In this document: one piece after another, positions 50,714 through 59,469 of the stretch | Layout: every line of letters starts with the position of its first letter | How positions within the stretch are numbered: the first letter of the stretch is position 1 | Assembly: GCA_964643435.1 (NCBI GenBank) | Contig: CAZXPY010000001.1 | Coordinates: forward strand, 74,802-138,801 | DNA from: an uncultured Gammaproteobacteria bacterium | GTDB taxonomy: Bacteria; Patescibacteriota; Microgenomatia; Woykebacterales; RBG-16-39-9b | Direction: 5' to 3' | Length of the DNA: 64,000 bases | The notes under the pieces: model-generated | The model's database searches: none | What the model was told of the DNA's origin: nothing | Seen by the model: only the letters and a program-made list of their open reading frames with translations | Program-made: the position numbers and the translations under genes

Positions 50714-51427
50714 TTACTTAGCTTTAGCGGTCATTAAGAGAAATGGGAGTAATGGTTTGATCGGCATAATTTTCTCCGCAAAGTTGTCAAGATAGAAACC
50801 GATCCGGCTATTAACGATAAACGGGGGGAAAAACCCAAAATATCTAAAATTGGTTACTTCGAACCCATTATCAGAAAGTTTTCTAGTTATGTTGGCTTTA
50901 GTCATATTCAAAATTCCTTTTTCTCCTTCCCAACTCATATCTTTCGAAAGTGTAAATTGGAGATAATAAAGTAGGTTAAACAAATTAGGTTCAATAAAAC
51001 CAACTTGACCATTTTTTTTGAGGCGGCGATGAATACTTTCAAAACTTTTATCAAGATTTTCTAAATGATGGAGAATGAAGAAACCGATAATAGCGTCAAA
51101 CTTTTTATTTGTAAAATTGGATAACTTCTCAACGTCTCCCTTAATTAAAGTAAGATTTGGGTTTTTTCCCGCAAACTTACGGAAGCGCTCCAACATATCC
51201 TCTGATAGATCAATTCCAGTGATTTTCAAACCCTTCTCCAATAAAGAAAATGTAAATCTCCCCATCCCAACGCCTATTTCTAGGATATCATCATTAGGTT
51301 TTAAATTTAGGCTAGAAGCGAGCAAACCCGAAAGTTTATTTGTATAATTACTTAATTTTGGAATAAGATATTGGTGATCTTTTTGATACAATAGTTTTTG
51401 ATATTCTTTTTGCGATATTTTTTTCAC
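50714..51427 (-). CDS. Class I SAM-dependent methyltransferase
   Basis: ILEIGVGMGR, GIDLS..ML, FILHHL, FIEPN. Confidence 0.88.
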   Translation of the reverse strand: MKKISQKEYQKLLYQKDHQYLIPKLSNYTNKLSGLLASSLNLKPNDDILEIGVGMGRFTFSLLEKGLKITGIDLSEDMLERFRKFAGKNPNLTLIKGDVEKLSNFTNKKFDAIIGFFILHHLENLDKSFESIHRRLKKNGQVGFIEPNLFNLLYYLQFTLSKDMSWEGEKGILNMTKANITRKLSDNGFEVTNFRYFGFFPPFIVNSRIGFYLDNFAEKIMPIKPLLPFLLMTAKAK

Positions 51428-51431
51428 GGCT

Positions 51432-53036
51432 ATGCAAAAAATTTTGAACGCTAGTTACGAAAAAGCTTTTTATATTATTCTTTTTATAGTAACAGTTATT
51501 TTCTTAAAAATTAACTCCACCTATAGTTTTATTGGAAGGGGAGATTACGCAAATTACGCTACTGTGGCAAGAAATTTAGTTGTAGGTCGTGGGTTTACGG
51601 TTGATTTTATTGCCCAATATTTTATTCCCTACGAGAGCGTTCATCACCCGGAAGATATGTGGCCACTGCTTCAGAGCGTATGGATGGCGGCTAGCTTTTT
51701 AATCTTCGGTGTTAATCAATTTTCGGCGAGACTACCAAACGTCATTTTTCTTGCTTTTCTTTCGTTAGCTTCATATTTCATCGCTAGAAAGCTATTTAAT
51801 AAACAAATCGCTTTTTGGGCAGGAATATTAACTCTCCTAAATACAAACCTAATTCTTTATTCAACCGAACTAATAACCAGCGATGTTGCTTTTGCGGCCT
51901 TTTCATTGATAATTTTCTACTTGGGTTCATTGCTTATTATTGAATTAAGAGATGGAGGAACAAGTTACAAAAAATTCTTTCTTTTCGGAATATTGAATGG
52001 TTTAGCGGTTTTACAAAAACCCCTGGCTATTATTTATTTGCCCCTTTATTTAGTTATTTTTGCAATTGTCGCTCGCAAAAAAATAAAACTAATTTTTAAA
52101 CCAGTTGTTTTTTCTTTGATCGGAGCTTTAATTTTTACCGCACCATTTTTTATAAGAAATTTAAGATTATTTGGAACATTTCTGCTACCAGTCGAAAACT
52201 ACCTTTCCTACCTGATTAAATACACCCCTTACGAAGCTATCTTTAGTATTTACTATGATAAGTTACCTTCGTTTAGGACAGCTCTGGAGGGAGGTTTTAT
52301 TAATTTCTTAAAGATTAATTTCACCTATTTTCGGTTTGGAGTAGATACTTTTGTTTATAAAGACTTGTTAATTCCTTATACAGTAATAGTTTTAAGTTTA
52401 TTGGGAATTGGTATTTTAAAAACTAGAGAGCAGAAGTCTTTCTTTTTCACGCCAATAATATTTTTTTTAATTTTTTCGGCGGTTATGACTTTTTATTGGC
52501 ACTACGAATCTCGTTATTACGCCTCGTTTATCCCACTTGCTAATATGTTGGCTGTATACGCTCTTTTTGTCTTTGTTGAAAAGTTTTCAAATCCTTCGAA
52601 GGTTATTATTATCGTAATTTTAGCTTTAATTACTTTTCTGCCAAGTATTAAATCAATTTACCTTGGACTGGGTAAAAAACCAATTGATCCTTCCTTGAGG
52701 GCATATGAATGGATTAGAGATAACACACCAAAAGAAGCGGTAATTTACGGTTTAGGACCTTGGGAACTCCACTATCATTCTGAAAGAGCAGCGCTAATGA
52801 TACCATACAATGGGTTCGGGGACATTTTGTATATGGCGAAAAAACATCAGGTTAATTATCTTGTCCTTGAATTTTTGAAAGAAATAAAACGTCCCGCTCT
52901 TGAAGATTTATATACAGGCAAAGAAACCGAAGTTTTCAGCCGTATTTATCAAGATCCAGAAAAGGTGCTTATTTACAAAATTAATTGGGAAAAAGTTAAT
53001 CTGGAAAGCTATCCAAAACCAGAATGGTTCAAATAA
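51432..53036 (+). CDS. GT-C membrane glycosyltransferase (PMT/ArnT-like)
   Basis: First-loop GDYANY, WPLL, FGV..FSARLP, SD, RYY and WIRDNTP motifs. Confidence 0.78.
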   Translation: MQKILNASYEKAFYIILFIVTVIFLKINSTYSFIGRGDYANYATVARNLVVGRGFTVDFIAQYFIPYESVHHPEDMWPLLQSVWMAASFLIFGVNQFSARLPNVIFLAFLSLASYFIARKLFNKQIAFWAGILTLLNTNLILYSTELITSDVAFAAFSLIIFYLGSLLIIELRDGGTSYKKFFLFGILNGLAVLQKPLAIIYLPLYLVIFAIVARKKIKLIFKPVVFSLIGALIFTAPFFIRNLRLFGTFLLPVENYLSYLIKYTPYEAIFSIYYDKLPSFRTALEGGFINFLKINFTYFRFGVDTFVYKDLLIPYTVIVLSLLGIGILKTREQKSFFFTPIIFFLIFSAVMTFYWHYESRYYASFIPLANMLAVYALFVFVEKFSNPSKVIIIVILALITFLPSIKSIYLGLGKKPIDPSLRAYEWIRDNTPKEAVIYGLGPWELHYHSERAALMIPYNGFGDILYMAKKHQVNYLVLEFLKEIKRPALEDLYTGKETEVFSRIYQDPEKVLIYKINWEKVNLESYPKPEWFK

Positions 53037-53762
53037 ATGAGAAATCAATCCCTTTCGATAATTGTCCCTGTCTTTAACGAAGAATCAAGAATAGAAAAGG
53101 CAATAAGCGAATTAGAAAAATATCTTTCAGGTCAAAATTTTTCCAGCCAAGTAATTTTTGTTGACGACGGGAGTAATGATAAAACTTTGAAAAAAATAAA
53201 AGAGCTAAAACCGAAACTCTATTTTGAGGTAATTTCTTATAAACCTAACAGGGGAAAAGGTTATGCTATAAAACAAGGAGTAGCAAACGCACGTGCAGAT
53301 TATCTTCTCTTTTGTGATGTAGATATGTCGACACCTCTTAATGAATTTAATAAATTTCTGCCTTTTATTAGGAAAAAAATACCGGTTATTATTGGAACTA
53401 GGAAAGCCGCGGGCGCAAAAATAATAAAAAGACAACCATATTTGCGTCAGAAAATGGGGGAGGTCTTTACAATGCTTTCTAATATTTTGTTGCGCAGCAG
53501 TGTCAGTGATTTTACCTGTGGGTTTAAGTGCTTTTCTAGAAGAGCAGCCGAGAAAATCTTTTCGCTCTCTACTATTAATCGTTGGTCCTATGACAGTGAA
53601 ATTCTATTTCTCGCCAACAAGCTTGGGTTTAAAATAATAGAAGTTCCGGTAGTTTGGAAAAATGATAGTCGGACAAAGGTTAATTTAACTAAGGATATTA
53701 TCCAATCTTTTACTGATTTACTAAGAATTAGATTAAATGATAGGTTGGGACATTATGATTAA
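53037..53762 (+). CDS. Dolichyl-phosphate beta-glucosyltransferase-like GT2
   Basis: PVFNEE.RI, NRGKGYA, DVDMSTP, DFTCGFK, WSYDSEIL. Confidence 0.87.
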   Translation: MRNQSLSIIVPVFNEESRIEKAISELEKYLSGQNFSSQVIFVDDGSNDKTLKKIKELKPKLYFEVISYKPNRGKGYAIKQGVANARADYLLFCDVDMSTPLNEFNKFLPFIRKKIPVIIGTRKAAGAKIIKRQPYLRQKMGEVFTMLSNILLRSSVSDFTCGFKCFSRRAAEKIFSLSTINRWSYDSEILFLANKLGFKIIEVPVVWKNDSRTKVNLTKDIIQSFTDLLRIRLNDRLGHYD

Positions 53763-55065
53763 GAAAATTACCAAAAAAGAGTTTCTATTCCTTCTTACCC
53801 CCCTTGTTTTAGGCGCAGTAATTCTCTTTTTTAAACTTGGTAGTTTATTTCAAAATTTAAATGGAGATGAATATGCTTTTTTGCTGATCTCAGAACAGTT
53901 AAAAGGGGAACCATACTTACCATATCTCATCTGGCCTAAAGATTTGGGTTCAACTCATACTTTATTGCCCTATTTAATACAAATACCGATAGCTTTTTTT
54001 GGAATAACTAATTTTGCGGTTCGGTTTATTCCCGCTCTATTTGGATTATTGGGAATAATTACCTTTTATTTACTTTTACGCAATTTATTTGAAAGTTCCC
54101 AGATAGCCTTTATCGGAGCTACTTTACTAGCACTAACACGTTGGTACTTTACTATATCCAGATTAACCTACGAATTATCAGAAATGCTTTTCTTTGCCAT
54201 AGCTAATCTGTTATTTTTAGTTTTGTTTTTAAAAGCAAAAGACGAAAAATTTAAATTTAAAAATTTAACTGTTAAAAAGAGCTTTGTATATGTTTTTCTT
54301 GTTGGTCTGACTTTAGGTCTTCTGCAACACTCTTACGCGGCAGCAAGAATTTACCCTTTTCTTTATCTAATATTATTTATTTTTTACTTTCTTTATAAAA
54401 GGAAAAAATTTTTAGAAAACGTGATAAATTTTTTTCTTTTTTCAATCGCTTTTTTAATAATTATCTCTCCTTTAATTTATGTTTGGCTCAAACACCCAAA
54501 TGCTTTTGATGCCCGTGGTGCAGAACTCGTTTTTGCCCAAAACCTCTCTTTTAATGATTTAATTTGGTCGCTGAAACAATCTACTTTACGCACTTTAGGG
54601 ATGTTTCAGCTAAGAGGAAGCGATGTTAGTTGTTATAATCTTCCGAACCTGCCGATGCTTGACCCTTTAAGCGGTTTTCTTTTCCTGGTGGGATTAATCT
54701 TATCTTTTACTACTCTTAGACCGGTATATTCTTTTGTATTTCTGGCTTTTCTACTTTTTTCACTGCTGCCAAGCATTTTAAGCTACTGGCCAGCCACTCC
54801 GCAAGGATTGCGGGCTGCTGGCTCAATCGTTCCAATTGTTTTGTACACGACAATTGGGTTAGAAACTGTGGCTAAACTTTTTAAAAAGTATTATATTCAC
54901 ATCATTGTTGTGGTTATTTCAGTAATTGCGATCGTTAATTTACAGATTTATTTCAGATATCAACCGCAGTTACAAGATGATTGTTTTAAATCTAAAGTAG
55001 AAAATTTTGAGGACTTCAAAAAACACTTTCTTAAAGAAACCGGCAGTGTTAAATTTATAAGATGA
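53737..55065 (+). CDS. GT-C membrane glycosyltransferase (ArnT-like); likely start 53755
   Basis: NGDE first-loop motif, FG...FAVR..PALFG, SR...E, Y.AAR; many TM segments. Confidence 0.78.
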   Translation: MIGWDIMIKKITKKEFLFLLTPLVLGAVILFFKLGSLFQNLNGDEYAFLLISEQLKGEPYLPYLIWPKDLGSTHTLLPYLIQIPIAFFGITNFAVRFIPALFGLLGIITFYLLLRNLFESSQIAFIGATLLALTRWYFTISRLTYELSEMLFFAIANLLFLVLFLKAKDEKFKFKNLTVKKSFVYVFLVGLTLGLLQHSYAAARIYPFLYLILFIFYFLYKRKKFLENVINFFLFSIAFLIIISPLIYVWLKHPNAFDARGAELVFAQNLSFNDLIWSLKQSTLRTLGMFQLRGSDVSCYNLPNLPMLDPLSGFLFLVGLILSFTTLRPVYSFVFLAFLLFSLLPSILSYWPATPQGLRAAGSIVPIVLYTTIGLETVAKLFKKYYIHIIVVVISVIAIVNLQIYFRYQPQLQDDCFKSKVENFEDFKKHFLKETGSVKFIR

Positions 55066-56165
55066 AAAATTTGATTAAGTTATCAACTCCAATTATTGGT
55101 AAGGAAGAAATAAATGGAATAGCAGCAGTTTTGAAGAATGGTCAAATCTCCCAAGGTCCTTACGTTGAAGCATTCGAAAGAGAGTTTAGTCGCTTTGTTG
55201 GTGCGAAATATGCGGTCGCGGTTTCTTCGGGAACAGCCGCTTTGCATCTAACCCTTTTAGCCTTAGATATAAAAAAAGGCGACGAAGTTATAACGACTCC
55301 TTTTTCTTTCATTGCCACAGCAAACTCTATTACTTACACCGGTGCCAGGCCAGTATTTGTAGATATTGACGAAACTTTCAACCTTAAACCTGGTTCTGTT
55401 GAAAAGAAAATTACAAAAAATACAAAAGCAATTTTGGTGGTTCATCTTTTTGGTTTACCAGCGGATATAAAAACTATTAATAAAATTGCCAAAAAATACA
55501 ATTTAAAAATAATTGAAGATGCCTCTCAGGCTCACGGTGCAAAAATTGGTAATAGATATATTGGAACTTTTGGTAACGCCGCTTGTTTTTCCTTTTACGC
55601 GACTAAGAATATTACTACTGGCGAGGGCGGTATGGTTGTAACTAACGAAAAAAAATTAGCGGAAAAAATTAGGAACTTAAGAAATCATGGTCGAAACAAA
55701 AAGGGACAGTATTCTATTTTGGGTTATAATTTTCGAATGAACGAAATACAAGCAGCATTAGGGTCCGCTCAATTGAAAAAACTTAAAACCAATAATCACC
55801 AAAGAATAAAAAATGCAATTTATTTAAGTAACTCTTTAAAAGATATCAAAGGAATTATTTTACCGACAGTTCCTGGCGGATTCACTCATGTTTTTCACCA
55901 ATACACACTAGTAGTAACCCCCCTAGTAAAAAAGACAAGAGAAGAAATCGTAGAATCAATGAATAAAAGTGGGATTGAAGTGGGAATTTTCTATAATCCG
56001 CCTATCCACAAACAACCTCTTTACAAAAAATTAGGCTACAGAGATAAATTACCAGTTGCTGAAAGATTTTCAAGAGAAGTTTTATCATTACCAATCCATC
56101 CTTTAATTACTAAAAAAGATCTGGATTATATAGCGAGATCTTTTAGGGAGTCTTTAAATGAATAA
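55062..56165 (+). CDS. DegT/DnrJ NDP-sugar aminotransferase (WbpE/GnnB-like)
   Basis: SSGTAALH, EDASQAHG, FSFYATKNITTGEGG (catalytic Lys present), GYNFRM. Confidence 0.92.
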   Translation: MKNLIKLSTPIIGKEEINGIAAVLKNGQISQGPYVEAFEREFSRFVGAKYAVAVSSGTAALHLTLLALDIKKGDEVITTPFSFIATANSITYTGARPVFVDIDETFNLKPGSVEKKITKNTKAILVVHLFGLPADIKTINKIAKKYNLKIIEDASQAHGAKIGNRYIGTFGNAACFSFYATKNITTGEGGMVVTNEKKLAEKIRNLRNHGRNKKGQYSILGYNFRMNEIQAALGSAQLKKLKTNNHQRIKNAIYLSNSLKDIKGIILPTVPGGFTHVFHQYTLVVTPLVKKTREEIVESMNKSGIEVGIFYNPPIHKQPLYKKLGYRDKLPVAERFSREVLSLPIHPLITKKDLDYIARSFRESLNE

Positions 56166-57084
56166 GATTTTAAGGTTGGGAGTTGTTGGTGTTGGTTCAA
56201 TTGGCAAAGAACACGTCCGGATCTTAAGTAAGTTGAAAGATTGTGTGCTGGTAGGTATCGTGGATACGGATCAACAACTCGCGGCGGTAGTTGCTGAAAG
56301 ATTTTCAACGCGCCGGTTTAAAAAACCCGATGATCTCTTTGCCCAAAACATTGACGCAATTAGTATTTGTACTCCGACCTCATCCCATTTTAGAATAGCG
56401 CGAACGGCTATTGAGAAAAATATCCACTCTTTAATTGAAAAACCAATAACAAAAACTATTTCTCAAGCTAAGAAACTAATAGATCTAGCCGAGAAGAAAA
56501 AATTGAAGCTTATGGTTGGATACGTTGAGAGATTTAACCCAATCGTAGCGGTTATAAAAAGAAGAATAAAAGGGGAAACGGTCATATCGATTAATTTCAC
56601 GCGAGTCGGGCCTGTCCCACCGAAAGTAGGCGATATTGGCATTACTTTGGATTTGGCAACTCACGATATTGATCTTTTAAGATATTTATTAGAGACGGAT
56701 TTTAAAAAAATTAAGTCTGTTTCTTCGACCCAAAACAATCGTGAGGATGCGGCGGTTCTTAGCTTTAAATTGGGCAACGGAACAATTGCTTCAATTGTGA
56801 CGAATTGGTACACTCCTTATAAGGTTAGAAAAATAGAAATAGCCACAAAAAATAAATTCATTGTTGGCGATTTTATTTTACAAGAAGTTCACGAGCATTA
56901 TAATTACAAGGTGGGTGGAACATATTCTACAAAAGTAATACCAGTGAAAAAAACCGAACCCCTAAAAGAAGAGTTAAAAGCTTTTGTTGAGTCCATAAAA
57001 CTAGATAAAATTACAAAAGTTACTGGCGAAGATGGTTTAGAGGCTTTAAAAATAGCCGTAAGATGTACAAAGTTAGCTTCTTAA
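56158..57084 (+). CDS. Gfo/Idh/MocA oxidoreductase (WbpB/GnnA-like NDP-sugar 3-dehydrogenase)
   Basis: GVGSIG..H, EKP, G.VERFNP, DLATHDID. Confidence 0.87.
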   Translation: MNKILRLGVVGVGSIGKEHVRILSKLKDCVLVGIVDTDQQLAAVVAERFSTRRFKKPDDLFAQNIDAISICTPTSSHFRIARTAIEKNIHSLIEKPITKTISQAKKLIDLAEKKKLKLMVGYVERFNPIVAVIKRRIKGETVISINFTRVGPVPPKVGDIGITLDLATHDIDLLRYLLETDFKKIKSVSSTQNNREDAAVLSFKLGNGTIASIVTNWYTPYKVRKIEIATKNKFIVGDFILQEVHEHYNYKVGGTYSTKVIPVKKTEPLKEELKAFVESIKLDKITKVTGEDGLEALKIAVRCTKLAS

Positions 57085-57759
57085 GGCAAATAAAAGCATA
57101 TCTTTGATAGAAGCAAAAACTAGCTTAAAATTAAGCTGACTTGGGTTTTCTTTAGGGTAATGAACAACCGGAACGCTAGCGATTTTAGAACCGGCCCTAC
57201 TTGCTTTAATAAGTCTTTCGCTTTCAGCAAAAACGCTTGTAGATTTAATATCTAAACTTTTGTAAATATGAGATTTTACTAGTTTTGCACAGCCAGCATC
57301 ATGAACCTCAACACCAAACAGTAGTTTTGTAAAGAAATTAAATCCCCAAGACACAAATTTCCGCCCTAAATTGTATTTTTTTACTTTCCTTTTCGCAACA
57401 ACAATATCAAAACCCTCTTGCATTTCTTTCATTAAAGAGGGAAGAATTGACATCTTAATCTCATTATCAGCACCATTAAAAAAAGTCAGATTTCCTTTAG
57501 CCCCAGAATAAAGATCTTTTAAACTTTCTTCAATTCCAAAGTTTTTAATATGGTTAATAATTCTTAGTTTTGGATATTTCTCTCTTAATTTTGATAAAAT
57601 TTGCGGTGTTTTATCGGTGCTGCCGTCATCTACCACTAAAATCTCATAATTGTTAGTTAGTTTTGATGCTTCTTCGTCAGCACTTCTAATAGATTCACTT
57701 ATGTTTTCTTCTTCGTTATAAGCTGGAATTGCGATGGTTAAAGATAAATTTTTCTTCAT
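57073..57759 (-). CDS. DPM/DPG-like GT2
   Basis: PAYNEEENI, DDGSTD, FNGADNE, DAGCAKL, SVPV.H; ATG at 57759 preferred over the track start 57783. Confidence 0.82.
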   Translation of the reverse strand: MKKNLSLTIAIPAYNEEENISESIRSADEEASKLTNNYEILVVDDGSTDKTPQILSKLREKYPKLRIINHIKNFGIEESLKDLYSGAKGNLTFFNGADNEIKMSILPSLMKEMQEGFDIVVAKRKVKKYNLGRKFVSWGFNFFTKLLFGVEVHDAGCAKLVKSHIYKSLDIKSTSVFAESERLIKASRAGSKIASVPVVHYPKENPSQLNFKLVFASIKDMLLFALRS

Positions 57760-58402
57760 AAAATTTGCTAAAATCGGAGACACTTTCTAAAACAAGATCA
57801 GCACCAGCCGCAGTTAATTCTTTTTTATTTCCTACCCCCGTTAATACCCCTATTGTAAAAGCACCGGCACTTTTACCAGCTTTTATATCATAAGGGTGGT
57901 CTCCAATAACGATTATTTCTGAAGGTTTCAGATTTAATTTATTAATTGCAAATATTATTCCCTCAGAACTGGGTTTGGGGTTTAAAACTGTTTCCCGTCC
58001 TACTAATACATCAAAGGGTTCTAAATTGAATTTATCTAGAGTCGTTTTTATTGCCATTTCAGAAGTTCGAGAAAATATACCTGTCATAATATTTTTACTT
58101 CGTAAATACTCTAGAGTTTGTTTAGTTCCAGGAATAAGAGTAGCCTCTTGAGAGGCTAGACATTCTTCTTCTGTAAGTATTTTAAGCGCCGCTTTCTTTA
58201 AATCTTCGTTTTCAGCTAGGCTCTTTCTCTCAAGCGCAACTATTGCGTCGTTTATTTTTTGTAAAATTGGTTTAAAATTAAAGTCCTTGGGCAATCCTCT
58301 TTCAGCGAAAAACGCCCTCACCCTTTCTCTAATTGATTCAAGGTCAATTCGTATTCTTACTAAAGTGTTTTCAAAATCAAACAAAATTAGTTTGACCGAC
58401 AT
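57716..58402 (-). CDS. HAD-superfamily phosphatase (Gph-like)
   Basis: LILFDFENTL, FSR, PKP, IGDHPYDI.AG..AG, GVLTG. Confidence 0.85.
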   Translation of the reverse strand: MSVKLILFDFENTLVRIRIDLESIRERVRAFFAERGLPKDFNFKPILQKINDAIVALERKSLAENEDLKKAALKILTEEECLASQEATLIPGTKQTLEYLRSKNIMTGIFSRTSEMAIKTTLDKFNLEPFDVLVGRETVLNPKPSSEGIIFAINKLNLKPSEIIVIGDHPYDIKAGKSAGAFTIGVLTGVGNKKELTAAGADLVLESVSDFSKFYEEKFIFNHRNSSL

Positions 58403-58409
58403 AATTTAA

Positions 58410-59465
58410 TTATATCTCCGTAAAGGTCCATTTATTGTTTTTGATCATAACTGGACCACCGTCTGGAATTCTAACCCAATAAATATCAGCTGGAGTGTTA
58501 TTTATTAATGAAACGTTTGGTATTCGCTCGCCATAAGCTAATTTTACAAATATCAGTGGCATATTAATTCCGATAGTAGAAAAAAATAATGAAGTAGTAA
58601 AAAACCTTCCTGGATTAACTTCTGTTACACAGGGAATACCAGATTTATTCTCCTTTGTGTCTACAACGTAAATACCGTTTGGCTTTGAATCTAACGTTTT
58701 TACAGTATCGATAGCTATTTTATTTACGCGATCATTATGAACTGTTTTTTGTATCGCTGTTGTGCCTGTTACTCCACTTGGAGAAAGCCCAGATTGTACC
58801 CATTCTAACCTCTCTTTACCCTGTGAACATATCAACTTCCCCTTATACCAGATGCTCACCCAAGATACCTCTCGACCATCTAATTTTTCACTGGCTAAAA
58901 AATTTCCCCACCTTAAACCTCTATATGACCAATAATTTACCCAAGCCTTTGCTGACTCAAAATTATCAACCGGTAAACTGGCTCGACCACCAGCACCTCT
59001 ATTCGCTCTTAGCCAAACAGTACCATCTATTTCTATAAAGACCTCCTTGAGGGAAACCTCATCTGATAATTTAAAAGTTTTAGCGACAGGCACCCTTGCT
59101 TTTTCAAGAGTTTGGTAAGTCAACCATTTATCCTGGCTTATATTTATGGCTTTTTTCGAGGGAAGAAATACTTTGGCGTTTAACTTCTGCCGGTAATCAG
59201 AAATTATCTTAACTTCTGGATCTGGTTGTGCATGAATAAATTCAATATCTTCAAGTTCGATTACTTTATTAATTTTATTAATATAGTTTAGTTCCTCACC
59301 TTTTTTGTGCCTAATTAAATATCTCTTATCAACCGGAGACATCTCCAGATAATACTTATTTGTGTCAGCACCAACAATTTTTATCTTCTCTTTCGAGAGT
59401 CTTAATGACTTTATAAAATTTATTCCTGCTGACCCGCCGCAGCCAAGAACTAATATTTTTTTCAT
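58410..59465 (-). CDS. ATP-grasp protein (carbamoyl-phosphate-synthase-like/amide ligase)
   Basis: Rossmann-like N terminus (LVLGCGGSAG), PDPEV, DKW.TY, GAGGR, E.L.GRE, TEVNPGRF. Confidence 0.8.
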   Translation of the reverse strand: MKKILVLGCGGSAGINFIKSLRLSKEKIKIVGADTNKYYLEMSPVDKRYLIRHKKGEELNYINKINKVIELEDIEFIHAQPDPEVKIISDYRQKLNAKVFLPSKKAINISQDKWLTYQTLEKARVPVAKTFKLSDEVSLKEVFIEIDGTVWLRANRGAGGRASLPVDNFESAKAWVNYWSYRGLRWGNFLASEKLDGREVSWVSIWYKGKLICSQGKERLEWVQSGLSPSGVTGTTAIQKTVHNDRVNKIAIDTVKTLDSKPNGIYVVDTKENKSGIPCVTEVNPGRFFTTSLFFSTIGINMPLIFVKLAYGERIPNVSLINNTPADIYWVRIPDGGPVMIKNNKWTFTEI

Positions 59466-59469
59466 CTTA

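Noticed and set aside
57716-58402. Calling the HAD protein gmhB
   Set aside because: It lacks the GmhB DRDGT and CxH motifs and has a Gph-like cap.
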